DNA of 32,000 bases from Candidatus Saccharimonadota bacterium (lineage in GTDB: Bacteria > Patescibacteriota > Microgenomatia > UBA1406 > GWC2-37-13): the NCBI GenBank assembly GCA_016700135.1, contig CP065004.1, positions 1,230,001-1,262,000 of the forward strand, given 5' to 3'. Positions 24,500 to 32,000 of the stretch are shown here, piece by piece; within the stretch, counting starts at the first letter, position 1, and every line of letters starts with the position of its first letter. The notes under the pieces are model-generated. The model saw only the letters and a list, made by a program, of their open reading frames with translations. It had not been told where the DNA came from and ran no database searches. Both the position numbers and the translations under genes were made by a program.

Positions 24500-24895
24500 T
24501 TAGTCCTGAACTTTAACTACATATTCCTGCCACTTTTCTTTGGCCCAGATCTCAAAGTGATCTCCTACTCCTGCGATTGTGACGATCTTTGAAAGTGCCG
24601 CAAACTGCTGTAGCTGCTTCGGCAAAACGATTCTGCCCTGATCATCCAGTTCGATGTACACCGTGGATGAGAAAAGCAATCTGCGTTTGTCGATGTGTTC
24701 CTTATCTAAAAGTGAAACATCGAGTAAATTCTCCGCCCTTGCTTCCCAGTCTGCTTTGTCGTATCCCGCTAAGCAATTGCCGAACCCTTTGGTGATCACA
24801 ACTGTGTTGTTGTGAAGAAATTCCCGTATCTTTTTCGGGAGTGCGATACGCCCTCCTGCCGTGATCGAAATTTCATATTCACCATAAAACACCAT
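24500..24895 (-). CDS. mraZ: Transcriptional regulator MraZ
   Basis: 131 aa with two copies of the GRIxLPK motif (GGRIALPKK, QGRIVLPKQ). First gene of the cluster. Confidence 0.9.
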   Translation of the reverse strand: MVFYGEYEISITAGGRIALPKKIREFLHNNTVVITKGFGNCLAGYDKADWEARAENLLDVSLLDKEHIDKRRLLFSSTVYIELDDQGRIVLPKQLQQFAALSKIVTIAGVGDHFEIWAKEKWQEYVVKVQD

Positions 24896-24903
24896 ATAGA
24901 ACC

Positions 24904-24932
24904 ATTATTCACCTTTTGAACCCAAATGTCAA
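24904..24932 (-). promoter_or_regulatory. Sigma70-like promoter of the mraZ operon (TTGACA-17 nt-AATAAT)
   Basis: The minus strand reads ttgaca tttgggttcaaaaggtg aataat ggttctat ATG. The -10 ends 8 nt before the start codon and there is no SD. Confidence 0.45.
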
Positions 24933-25021
24933 GTAAATGTTGTGTAAAATGAGGTAAGTAGTAGTTGATTAACATCAATTAACATTTCCCCTTTTACGCA
25001 GACATTAGAAGACTCATAATC

Positions 25022-25027
25022 TATAAT
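25022..25027 (+). promoter_or_regulatory. Candidate -10 hexamer TATAAT for murJ
   Basis: An exact TATAAT lies 12 nt upstream of the murJ ATG. A weak -35-like cagaca sits 18 nt upstream of it. Confidence 0.3.
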
Positions 25028-25039
25028 GAACATACGTCT

Positions 25040-26668
25040 ATGAACAAGATTTTGAAGAAAACGAAGGATTTTATTTTCGCCCAGCAGACCAGCATATTGT
25101 CTTCAACGATGATCCTTTCCGGAATGATGATCCTTTCGCGCATTGCGGGATTTATACGGTATCGTATTCTTGCCGGATTTTTTACGAAAGAAGAGCTCGA
25201 TATCTTTTTTGCAGCTTTCCGTATCCCTGATCTTGTATTTGAGATACTGATAAACGGAGCACTTAGCACAACATTTATTCCTTTTTTTGTCGAGTATCAA
25301 AAAAGATCGAAGGAACAAAGTACGATTATTTCTTCCGTGATAAATGTTGTGACTCTGGTGCTTTCGGCTTTTATCGTCATATTGGTTATTACCATGCCTC
25401 TTCTTATGCCGATCATTGCTCCGGGTTTTTCGCAGGAGATGACTGAGCAGCTGATTTTTTATTCACGAGTGCTCCTGCTCGGACAGCTTCCGTTTTTGGT
25501 ATTGGGGAACTTTCTGACCGGTATCAGTCAGGCAAAAAAATCTTTTTTGATTCCCGCCCTTGCGCCTATTATTTACAACCTGGCAATTATTATTTTTATT
25601 TATTTCTTTGCGGACAAGCTTCATCTGATGGCGCCGATCCTCGGAGTCGTGATAGGGGCAATGCTTTTCTTTGTCATTCAGCTTCCGGTTTTTTATATCG
25701 CACAGTTCAAATATCAGCTTGTACTGTCTCATCTTGATGAATCTGTACGGTTTTTCCGAACGGCAACCCCCCGGATTTTAACCATAATCGTCGGTCAAAT
25801 CGATGCAACAGTGGATTTGACACTTGCGACGCTTCTCGGACCGGGAGCATACACAATTTTTTATCTGGCTCAGAGGCTCCAGCTTTTGCCGGTATCGGTT
25901 GTCGGAATGGCATTCGGGCAGGCATCACTCCCATACCTGACCGAAGTATTTCAGGAAAAGAAATTTAATGAATTCCGTGATATTGTCGTGGAATCAATTT
26001 TGAATATTTTCTTTTTTACCATTCCCGCGGCTGCTTTTCTGATAGTCACAAGGACTCCTACCGTCAGATTGTTTTTCGGCGGTGACAAATTCGATTGGGA
26101 AGCAACCGTCCTTACGGCAAGTACTCTTTCCTATTTTGCTCTTTCATTGCCGCTTCATTCAATTTATTATTTTTTGACCCGCTGTTTTTATGCAATTTTT
26201 GATACCAGGACACCGTTTTATATCACTGGAGTCACCATTGCACTGAGTGCGGGATTAAGTATTTTCTTTACCCTTGTCCTCGGCCTTCCGGTCTGGGCAC
26301 TGGCACTTTCATTTTCGATTACAATGAGTGTCCGAACAGTGATTTTAATGGTTTTGCTTTACAAAAAAATTGACGGCTATAATGTCAGTTTTTTCTACAA
26401 AGAAGCAACGAAAATCGTCCTTGCTACATTTAACACATCTTTACTGACCTACTTTCTTCTCAGACTGCTTGACGGGCTCATTTTTGACACAAGCCGTACT
26501 ATAAACGTGTTTGCGTTGCTTTCCGTGGGCTTTATCTTTTTCTCTGTAGTATATTTGTTTTTAAGCTGGCTGTTTGGTGTCCGCGAAATGTATCTTATTA
26601 CAAAGATGGTCGTCAAGATGAAGCACTACAGGCGGCGCATGGTTGAAATTTACAAAGGAGTAGAATAA
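25040..26668 (+). CDS. murJ: Lipid II flippase MurJ (MviN family)
   Basis: 542 aa with about 14 TM segments. N-terminal SRIAGFIRYRILAGFF...FRIPDLVFEILINGALSTTFIPFF is typical of MurJ. Confidence 0.85.
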   Translation: MNKILKKTKDFIFAQQTSILSSTMILSGMMILSRIAGFIRYRILAGFFTKEELDIFFAAFRIPDLVFEILINGALSTTFIPFFVEYQKRSKEQSTIISSVINVVTLVLSAFIVILVITMPLLMPIIAPGFSQEMTEQLIFYSRVLLLGQLPFLVLGNFLTGISQAKKSFLIPALAPIIYNLAIIIFIYFFADKLHLMAPILGVVIGAMLFFVIQLPVFYIAQFKYQLVLSHLDESVRFFRTATPRILTIIVGQIDATVDLTLATLLGPGAYTIFYLAQRLQLLPVSVVGMAFGQASLPYLTEVFQEKKFNEFRDIVVESILNIFFFTIPAAAFLIVTRTPTVRLFFGGDKFDWEATVLTASTLSYFALSLPLHSIYYFLTRCFYAIFDTRTPFYITGVTIALSAGLSIFFTLVLGLPVWALALSFSITMSVRTVILMVLLYKKIDGYNVSFFYKEATKIVLATFNTSLLTYFLLRLLDGLIFDTSRTINVFALLSVGFIFFSVVYLFLSWLFGVREMYLITKMVVKMKHYRRRMVEIYKGVE

Positions 26669-26672
26669 ATAT

Positions 26673-27929
26673 ATGGCAGAACAAACAAATCTATTGTTGG
26701 CAAAAGAAGCAATACGAAAAAAACTGCGGGGTCGACAGCTCACATACAAAGAAATTTATGCATTGATGGATGAGATATCTTCTGACAGGCTGGGAGATGT
26801 ACTGACTACTTATTTTGCAGCGGCAGGATTTAAGGAGGGTTTTACTGAAGAAGAACTTTATTACATGACCAAAGCAATGGTCGAGACCGGAACACAACTT
26901 CGCTTTAAAGGAGTCGTGGCAGATAAGCATTCAATCGGCGGGATTGCAGGGGCAAGGACAACTATGATCGTGGTCCCGATTGTGGTGGCAGCCGGATTTA
27001 CAATGCCCAAAACTTCATCCCGTGCGATCACAAGTCCTGCAGGAACGGCCGATGTCATGGAAGTGCTTGCAAAAGTGAATTTTACTCCCGAACATGTCGA
27101 AAAAATCGTCAGGGATGTCGGAGGCTGTATCATTTGGGGCGGTCATCTGGGTATTGCTCCTGCAGATGACATCATTATCAAGGTTGAGGAACCGTTGTCG
27201 TTTGAATCATTCGATAAAATTATCGTGTCAATCATGGCCAAAAAAGTGGCAGTTTCCACCAATCACCTCGTAATCGATATTCCGATCGGAAGGACTATGA
27301 AAGTCAAATATGAAAAAGATGCCGATCTTGTGAAAAAGAAATTTGAGGGAATAGCCAAACGCTTCGGCATCAAAATCGACGTTGACGTCAACTCGACAAC
27401 TGAGCCTGAAGGACACGGTATCGGTCCCACACTTGAAGCAATAGACGTTTTAAAAGTCCTTCAGCAGGATGAGACCCGTCCGCTTCCTTTGGAAAATCGG
27501 GCCATCAGACTGGCAGGAAAGCTTCTTGATCTGTGTTATAAAACAACCGGACAGAAAAAGAGAGGTACTGATGAAGCAAAAGAACTTCTCAAAAACGGAA
27601 AAGCACTTGAAGTATTCAGAAAGATACTTAAAGCACAGTACGGTGATCCTGATGTGACCTGGAAAAAACTGAAAACTGCGCGCTTTAAGCAGGAAATTAA
27701 GGCTAAGAAATCTGGTACAATTAATCACATCAACAACTTTAATCTGAATGCAATAGCAAAAATACTCGGAGCTCCTTCTGATCAGAAAGCCGGTATAGAG
27801 CTTCACAAAAGGAGCAAAGATGAAGTTCGGGATAATGATGTGTTGCTGACTTTACATTCATCAAAAGAAAGCAATATACGTGAAGCAGTTGAGACATTGC
27901 ATTCATTCCCAATTTATAACATTGTCTAA
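26673..27929 (+). CDS. Thymidine phosphorylase family protein, closest by eye to archaeal-type AMP phosphorylase
   Basis: DKHSIGGIAGARTTMIVVPIVVAAGFTMPKTSSRAITSPAGTADVMEV, WGGHLGIAPADD and LVIDIPIGRTMKV closely parallel the Thermococcus AMP phosphorylase sequence as I recall it. They fit less well to the bacterial DeoA motif (HSTGGVGD). It lacks the ~85-aa N-terminal extension. Confidence 0.65.
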   Translation: MAEQTNLLLAKEAIRKKLRGRQLTYKEIYALMDEISSDRLGDVLTTYFAAAGFKEGFTEEELYYMTKAMVETGTQLRFKGVVADKHSIGGIAGARTTMIVVPIVVAAGFTMPKTSSRAITSPAGTADVMEVLAKVNFTPEHVEKIVRDVGGCIIWGGHLGIAPADDIIIKVEEPLSFESFDKIIVSIMAKKVAVSTNHLVIDIPIGRTMKVKYEKDADLVKKKFEGIAKRFGIKIDVDVNSTTEPEGHGIGPTLEAIDVLKVLQQDETRPLPLENRAIRLAGKLLDLCYKTTGQKKRGTDEAKELLKNGKALEVFRKILKAQYGDPDVTWKKLKTARFKQEIKAKKSGTINHINNFNLNAIAKILGAPSDQKAGIELHKRSKDEVRDNDVLLTLHSSKESNIREAVETLHSFPIYNIV

Positions 27930-27930
27930 T

Positions 27931-28890
27931 ATGAAAAAAATAGCAATATTTCTCATCATAATCGGTATCATCGCCGTATCAGGTTATTTCTTCTATCAGG
28001 AAGGAAAACTTCCCGTCAATAAAAGCGCTGAAGAAACAACAATGTTTGTCATTGATCCGGGAGAAGACCTGGATTCCATAATTAACAATTTGTCTAAAGA
28101 AGATCTTATCCGAAATAGGCTTGTCTTTTATCTTCTTGTCAAGCAAAAAGGAATTGAACGTAAAATTCAAGCCGGAGATTTCAGACTTTCTCAATCCATG
28201 ACCGCAGAAGAAATTGCTGATGAACTCACACACGGTACGGTAGATATCTGGGTAACCGTTCCCGAAGGACTACGCAAAGAAGAAATTGCAGAGATTATGT
28301 CAAAAACATTTGATATCTCGGAAACCGAATTTAATGAACTTGCCGAAGAGGGGTATCTGTTCCCGGACACCTATCTTGTACCGAAGAATCCCTCCGAGCA
28401 GCAGATCATAGATATCATGACTGCCAATTTTGACAGACAGTTTGATGAAGAAATCCAAACTGCAGCCCGTGATAAAGGTATGACTGATGAAGAACTTCTC
28501 ACCTTTGCATCCATTATCGAGAAGGAAGCAAATGCAAATGATAAACAGCAAATTGCAAATATCATGTATCGGCGTCTTGAGGAGGATTACCCTCTTCAGG
28601 TTGATGCAACAGTCCAGTATGCACTCGGCTATCAGGCCGGTGAGAAACGTTGGTGGAAGAAACAAACGACATTTGAAGATCTCAAATATGATTCCCCGTA
28701 CAATACTTATAAATATACGGGACTTCCTCCTGCACCGATCAGCAATCCCGGACGGGCTTCCATAGAGGCTGCTGCAAATGCCGATGCCGATACACCGTAT
28801 ATGTTTTATCTGCATGACGGAAACGGCCGTACGTACTATGCACGTACCTACGAAGAACATCAGCAAAACATCGAGAAATATTTGCGGTAA
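27931..28890 (+). CDS. mltG: Endolytic murein transglycosylase MltG (YceG-like)
   Basis: N-terminal TM, then ASIIEKEA, LQVDATVQY, SPYNTYKYTGLPPAPISNPG. The track start at 27880 is GTG inside the upstream gene; the ATG at 27931 is 1 nt after the upstream TAA. Confidence 0.85.
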   Translation: MKKIAIFLIIIGIIAVSGYFFYQEGKLPVNKSAEETTMFVIDPGEDLDSIINNLSKEDLIRNRLVFYLLVKQKGIERKIQAGDFRLSQSMTAEEIADELTHGTVDIWVTVPEGLRKEEIAEIMSKTFDISETEFNELAEEGYLFPDTYLVPKNPSEQQIIDIMTANFDRQFDEEIQTAARDKGMTDEELLTFASIIEKEANANDKQQIANIMYRRLEEDYPLQVDATVQYALGYQAGEKRWWKKQTTFEDLKYDSPYNTYKYTGLPPAPISNPGRASIEAAANADADTPYMFYLHDGNGRTYYARTYEEHQQNIEKYLR

Positions 28891-28899
28891 ACTGAATAT

Positions 28900-29415
28900 A
28901 TGAACAGCAAAAAAGGTTTTACTCTTCTTGAGCTGATGATTGTCATAAGTATCATCGGTGTTCTGGCGACTATCGGTACTCTTTCGTACGGAAAAACAAT
29001 ACAGCGCTCACAGGAAGCAAAAGCTCTGGCTGATATGGCAGAAATCAAGAAAGCTATGCTTCAGCTCGAAGTGGATACTGACCAGCTTCCCGGTCATTCT
29101 GACCCTCAAACATGTATACATAATACTGAAGCCTTTGTAAATAACTGTAACGCAGGCCTGACATGTACCGACGGCAGTTTTCTCAATTGGAACGGCCCGT
29201 ACTTGGACAATATTTACCTTATGGATCAATGGAACCGCCCGTATTACTTTGATCCTGATTATCATTGCCATTCAAACGTAAAAGGCTGTGAAAAGGTGGC
29301 AAACCACACCACGGTACGGGTAATTCACTCATTGGGAAAAGACGGAATACAGGGATACGCAGACGGAGACGGACGTGACCGAGATAATATTGTGATGGTA
29401 CTGTGTCCGCTGTAA
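28900..29415 (+). CDS. Type IV pilin / GspG-like pseudopilin
   Basis: Prepilin leader MNSKKG|FTLLELMIVISIIGVLA, then a GspG-like core (WNRPYYF...SLGKDGIQG...DNIV) with a Cys-rich insertion. Confidence 0.8.
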   Translation: MNSKKGFTLLELMIVISIIGVLATIGTLSYGKTIQRSQEAKALADMAEIKKAMLQLEVDTDQLPGHSDPQTCIHNTEAFVNNCNAGLTCTDGSFLNWNGPYLDNIYLMDQWNRPYYFDPDYHCHSNVKGCEKVANHTTVRVIHSLGKDGIQGYADGDGRDRDNIVMVLCPL

Positions 29416-29419
29416 ACAG

Positions 29420-31555
29420 TTACTGCTGCTGGAATGCTTCTTTTATCACCTCTCGCGGTTTTGAACCCTGCGCCGGGCCCACATATCCTGCTTCATGAAG
29501 TTCGTCAAGTATTCGGGCAGCCCGTGCATATCCTACTTTTAGTTTCCTCTGAAGAAGAGACGCGGAAGCCTTGTCGGCTTGACCTACAAGCTGTACGGCG
29601 GCATTGAAGTATTCATCACGGTCTGATGATCCTCCTCCCGGCATGACTGCTCCTCCGGGAATCCCTGGTGCATTGTCAGAAGATTCGGTGATCTCATCAG
29701 TGTAATGGACCTCAGGTACCTGTGATTTAAGAAATTTGACAACATCGCTGACTTCCTGATCCGTCAGATATGGTCCTTGTATACGACGCGGCTTTGCCTG
29801 ATCAGGCGGCAGATAAAACATATCTCCTCGGCCGAGCAATTTCTCCGCTCCCGGCATGTCAATAATGACACGGGAATCAACCATGGAGGATACGTTGAAG
29901 GCTATACGGCTCGGAATATTTGCTTTCATAAGTCCTGTAATAACATCCACAGACGGTCTCTGGGTAGCAAGAACCAGGTGGATACCGACCGCACGGGCTT
30001 TCTGTGCGATTCGGGTAATCATGTCCTCAACATCATTTGCGGCGTACATCATCAGATCTGCAAGCTCATCAATGACAAATACAATGTAGGGTTTTGGTGT
30101 TATTCCTTCCAGTTTATTGTACCCTTCGAGATTCCGGACTCCTTTTGAAGCAAGTTCTTTGTAGCGTGCCTCCATCTCCCCGACCGACCAACGCAGAGCG
30201 GAAACAACCTTCGCATTGTCATTGATGACGTCAGTCAGCAAGTGAGGAGAACCGTTGTATTGCACCATCTCTACCTGCTTAGGATCAACAAGGATCATGC
30301 GCAGTTCGTCCGGCCGGGTACGCATCATCAAAGTCGTAATCCAGGCATTAAGCATCACTGATTTACCCGATCCGGTCGTACCTGCGACCAAAACGTGCGG
30401 CATCTTGGAAATACTGGCTGCTTGCGGGACACCTGCCACATCAAATCCAAGCGGGACAAGAAGAGGATCTCCTCCCCGTTTTGAGAGAGCTTCAGTCTTC
30501 ATAAGCTGTCTCAGTGTGACAATTTGAGGAGTAATATTCGGGATTTCAATACCGACCAGAGACCGGCCGGGAATAGGGGCTTCGATACGTACCTGTCCGG
30601 TCGGAGCGGCCAGCGCAAGAGCCAAGTCGTTGGCTAGTGCCGTAATCTTTGACAGCTTTGTCCCCATGGTGATTTCAATAGCATACTGTGTGACCGTCGG
30701 ACCGAAGTTGATTTCAACAACACGCGTTCGGATTCCGAAACTGTCAAGAGTTTTTTCGATAATATGTGCATTTGATTTCACATCTCCGCGGTCAGCCTCC
30801 GACTGTTTCACATCGTTCAAAAGGGTTGTCGGCGGATACACCCAGGTAGAAGAATCGCTCTGCATGACAGGCTTTATTGATAAATTGTTTTGATTGTGCT
30901 CACCGTGATGCTGATCTGCAGCTTTCGGAGCAATCGCAGCAGGCGCAATAGGCTTGTTTATCACAACCTGATCTCTGATAAAATTGTCTCCTTCCTTTCC
31001 TTCTTTCCCGAGAGACGGAAGCTTCATATCTTTTGCTTTCGACAGGCTCGAGAAAACGGCACCGATCGGAGAAAAGATCTTCATTACATTGATCATGATC
31101 ACGTCAACTGATGTATCCAAAAATAAAATAAGTCCGATAATAAAAAATACGATAAGAATGGAGAGTGATCCGAGCGGAGTAAAATCAATAGAGAGATTGT
31201 TATAAATGGACTTTCCCCACGCACCCGATCGAAAAAGCCCCATCAGAGAGACGAGCAGCAAAAAGGAGCCTGCGGTGAGATTCAGCCTGACGAACTTCAG
31301 TTTTTTCGAATTAAAAAAGTGTCCTGACAACAGAATGATTGTGAACGGAACAAATATTGCCAGTCCGCCAAAAAGCTCCAAAAGCTGAACATTGATTTCC
31401 TTCAGTACTCTGCCCTCTTCCGATGGAGCAAACAGCTGAGAAAATGATGCCAGCGAGATAATCCCGATAAGCAGTAGAACAAATCCGAAAATATTGAAAA
31501 TAGTTTTACCGTTGATTTTAAGCCGTGGAAACTTAGATTTTTTTCTTCTTCCCAT
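29420..31555 (-). CDS. ftsK: DNA translocase FtsK/SpoIIIE
   Basis: Four N-terminal TM segments and a linker, then a motor domain with Walker A AGTTGSGKS and Walker B VIDELADLM. The C-terminal gamma winged-helix reads LLQRKLKVGYARAARILDELHEAGYVGP. Confidence 0.9.
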   Translation of the reverse strand: MGRRKKSKFPRLKINGKTIFNIFGFVLLLIGIISLASFSQLFAPSEEGRVLKEINVQLLELFGGLAIFVPFTIILLSGHFFNSKKLKFVRLNLTAGSFLLLVSLMGLFRSGAWGKSIYNNLSIDFTPLGSLSILIVFFIIGLILFLDTSVDVIMINVMKIFSPIGAVFSSLSKAKDMKLPSLGKEGKEGDNFIRDQVVINKPIAPAAIAPKAADQHHGEHNQNNLSIKPVMQSDSSTWVYPPTTLLNDVKQSEADRGDVKSNAHIIEKTLDSFGIRTRVVEINFGPTVTQYAIEITMGTKLSKITALANDLALALAAPTGQVRIEAPIPGRSLVGIEIPNITPQIVTLRQLMKTEALSKRGGDPLLVPLGFDVAGVPQAASISKMPHVLVAGTTGSGKSVMLNAWITTLMMRTRPDELRMILVDPKQVEMVQYNGSPHLLTDVINDNAKVVSALRWSVGEMEARYKELASKGVRNLEGYNKLEGITPKPYIVFVIDELADLMMYAANDVEDMITRIAQKARAVGIHLVLATQRPSVDVITGLMKANIPSRIAFNVSSMVDSRVIIDMPGAEKLLGRGDMFYLPPDQAKPRRIQGPYLTDQEVSDVVKFLKSQVPEVHYTDEITESSDNAPGIPGGAVMPGGGSSDRDEYFNAAVQLVGQADKASASLLQRKLKVGYARAARILDELHEAGYVGPAQGSKPREVIKEAFQQQ

Positions 31556-31600
31556 AGATTAAGTATATACCACTAAGTAACGTTTGTGCGTAGTTTTTGC

Positions 31601-31637
31601 AACAAAAAAGAGCTCCCGGGTTAGGCCGGGAGCTCTT
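31601..31637 (-). terminator. Rho-independent terminator downstream of the S1-domain gene
   Basis: Perfect 12-bp stem aagagctcccgg/ccgggagctctt (31608-31619 / 31626-31637) with a 6-nt loop. The minus strand continues with a T-run (ctcttttttgtt). Confidence 0.75.
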
Positions 31638-31659
31638 AAGGTTTCTTGTCTGAAAAAGA

Positions 31660-32000
31660 TCAATATCTTCTGCGGTCATCACGTCGAGGTCCGCGATGAT
31701 CCCGTCGGTCTCCTCCGCGACGATCATCATATCGTCTTCCGCCTCCTCCACCGCGTCTGTCCATGCGGCGCTGATCATGTCGATCAGGAGCTGCACTCAT
31801 ATCAATCTCGACCGGTGTCCCGTCGGGGAGCTGAGTCATCACAAGGTTGATTCTTCCCTGAGAATCAATCTCATGGACTTTTACTTTGACTTTGTCACCG
31901 ACCTGTACGACATCTTCAGGATTTTTAACAAATCCGTTGCTCATTTTTGAGACATGGACTAATCCTTCTTTGCCGGGAAGCACTTCAACGAATGCTCCGA
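31660..32000 (-). CDS. pnp: 3' end of an S1-domain RNA-binding protein, probably polynucleotide phosphorylase, with an Arg/Gly/Asp-rich tail (partial, continues beyond the window)
   Basis: [52 protein letters not shown] is an S1 fold placed as in PNPase C-termini. It is followed by [36 protein letters not shown]. The reading frame is open to nt 32000. Confidence 0.55.
   Translation of the reverse strand, partial: GAFVEVLPGKEGLVHVSKMSNGFVKNPEDVVQVGDKVKVKVHEIDSQGRINLVMTQLPDGTPVEIDMSAAPDRHDQRRMDRRGGGGGRRYDDRRGGDRRDHRGPRRDDRRRY

Noticed and set aside
27880-27930. The upstream GTG start giving a 336-aa MltG that overlaps the preceding gene by 50 nt
   Set aside because: The ATG at 27931 lies 1 nt after the upstream stop and begins directly with the lysine-rich signal-anchor MKKIAIFLIIIG. 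The extension MKQLRHCIHSQFITLSN has no counterpart in MltG proteins. The same logic was applied to the TTG-extended starts at 1991, 6435, 9468 and 14582.
28300-28866. 188-aa minus-strand ORF antisense to mltG, and similar antisense ORFs in murE (20544-21032), mraY (9305-9724, 9591-9965), kup (17807-18148, 18618-18893) and ftsK (29777-30148)
   Set aside because: Each is embedded opposite a long ORF with clear family motifs. None has a recognisable motif or an independent start context.
1-32000. An alternative genetic code (UGA recoding, as in some candidate phyla)
   Set aside because: All conserved genes are full length under the standard code. UGA ends well-delimited genes (yvcK at 10861-10863, rsmH at 23676-23678, the GlmU analogue at 13248-13250) exactly where the next gene begins.

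Overview
Gene-dense 32 kb bacterial segment, roughly 40% GC by hand counts on sampled lines, read under the standard code (UGA is used as a stop). Most of it is peptidoglycan and cell-division machinery. On the minus strand: mraZ-rsmH-ftsL-ftsI-murE, then pgeF, kup, murC-murB-murA, and separately yvcK-dgkA-mraY. On the plus strand: murJ, an AMP-phosphorylase-like gene, mltG and a pilin. ftsK, pcrA, tpiA and the 3' end of an S1-domain (PNPase-like) gene complete the core set. Two enzymes resemble archaeal types (AMP phosphorylase, ST0452-type GlmU analogue). With the GspG-like pilin, scarce Shine-Dalgarno sites and very tight packing, this fits a small-genome uncultivated lineage such as Patescibacteria/CPR, but that is inference only. 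Three things stand out. (1) A ~6.5 kb cell-envelope island (3340-9402) holds a 1011-aa protein with seven tandem domains, three tightly coupled AT-rich membrane or secreted genes I cannot place in any family, and a convergent sortase-signal-like protein. (2) A family of conserved imperfect-palindromic intergenic elements occurs at five loci; two composite copies flank pcrA and the others lie between mur genes. (3) A GC-rich kup gene with its own strong SD and terminator is inserted inside the mur cluster. I found no rRNA, tRNA, CRISPR array, transposase or integrase. All family calls rest on motif recognition by eye, not on database searches.
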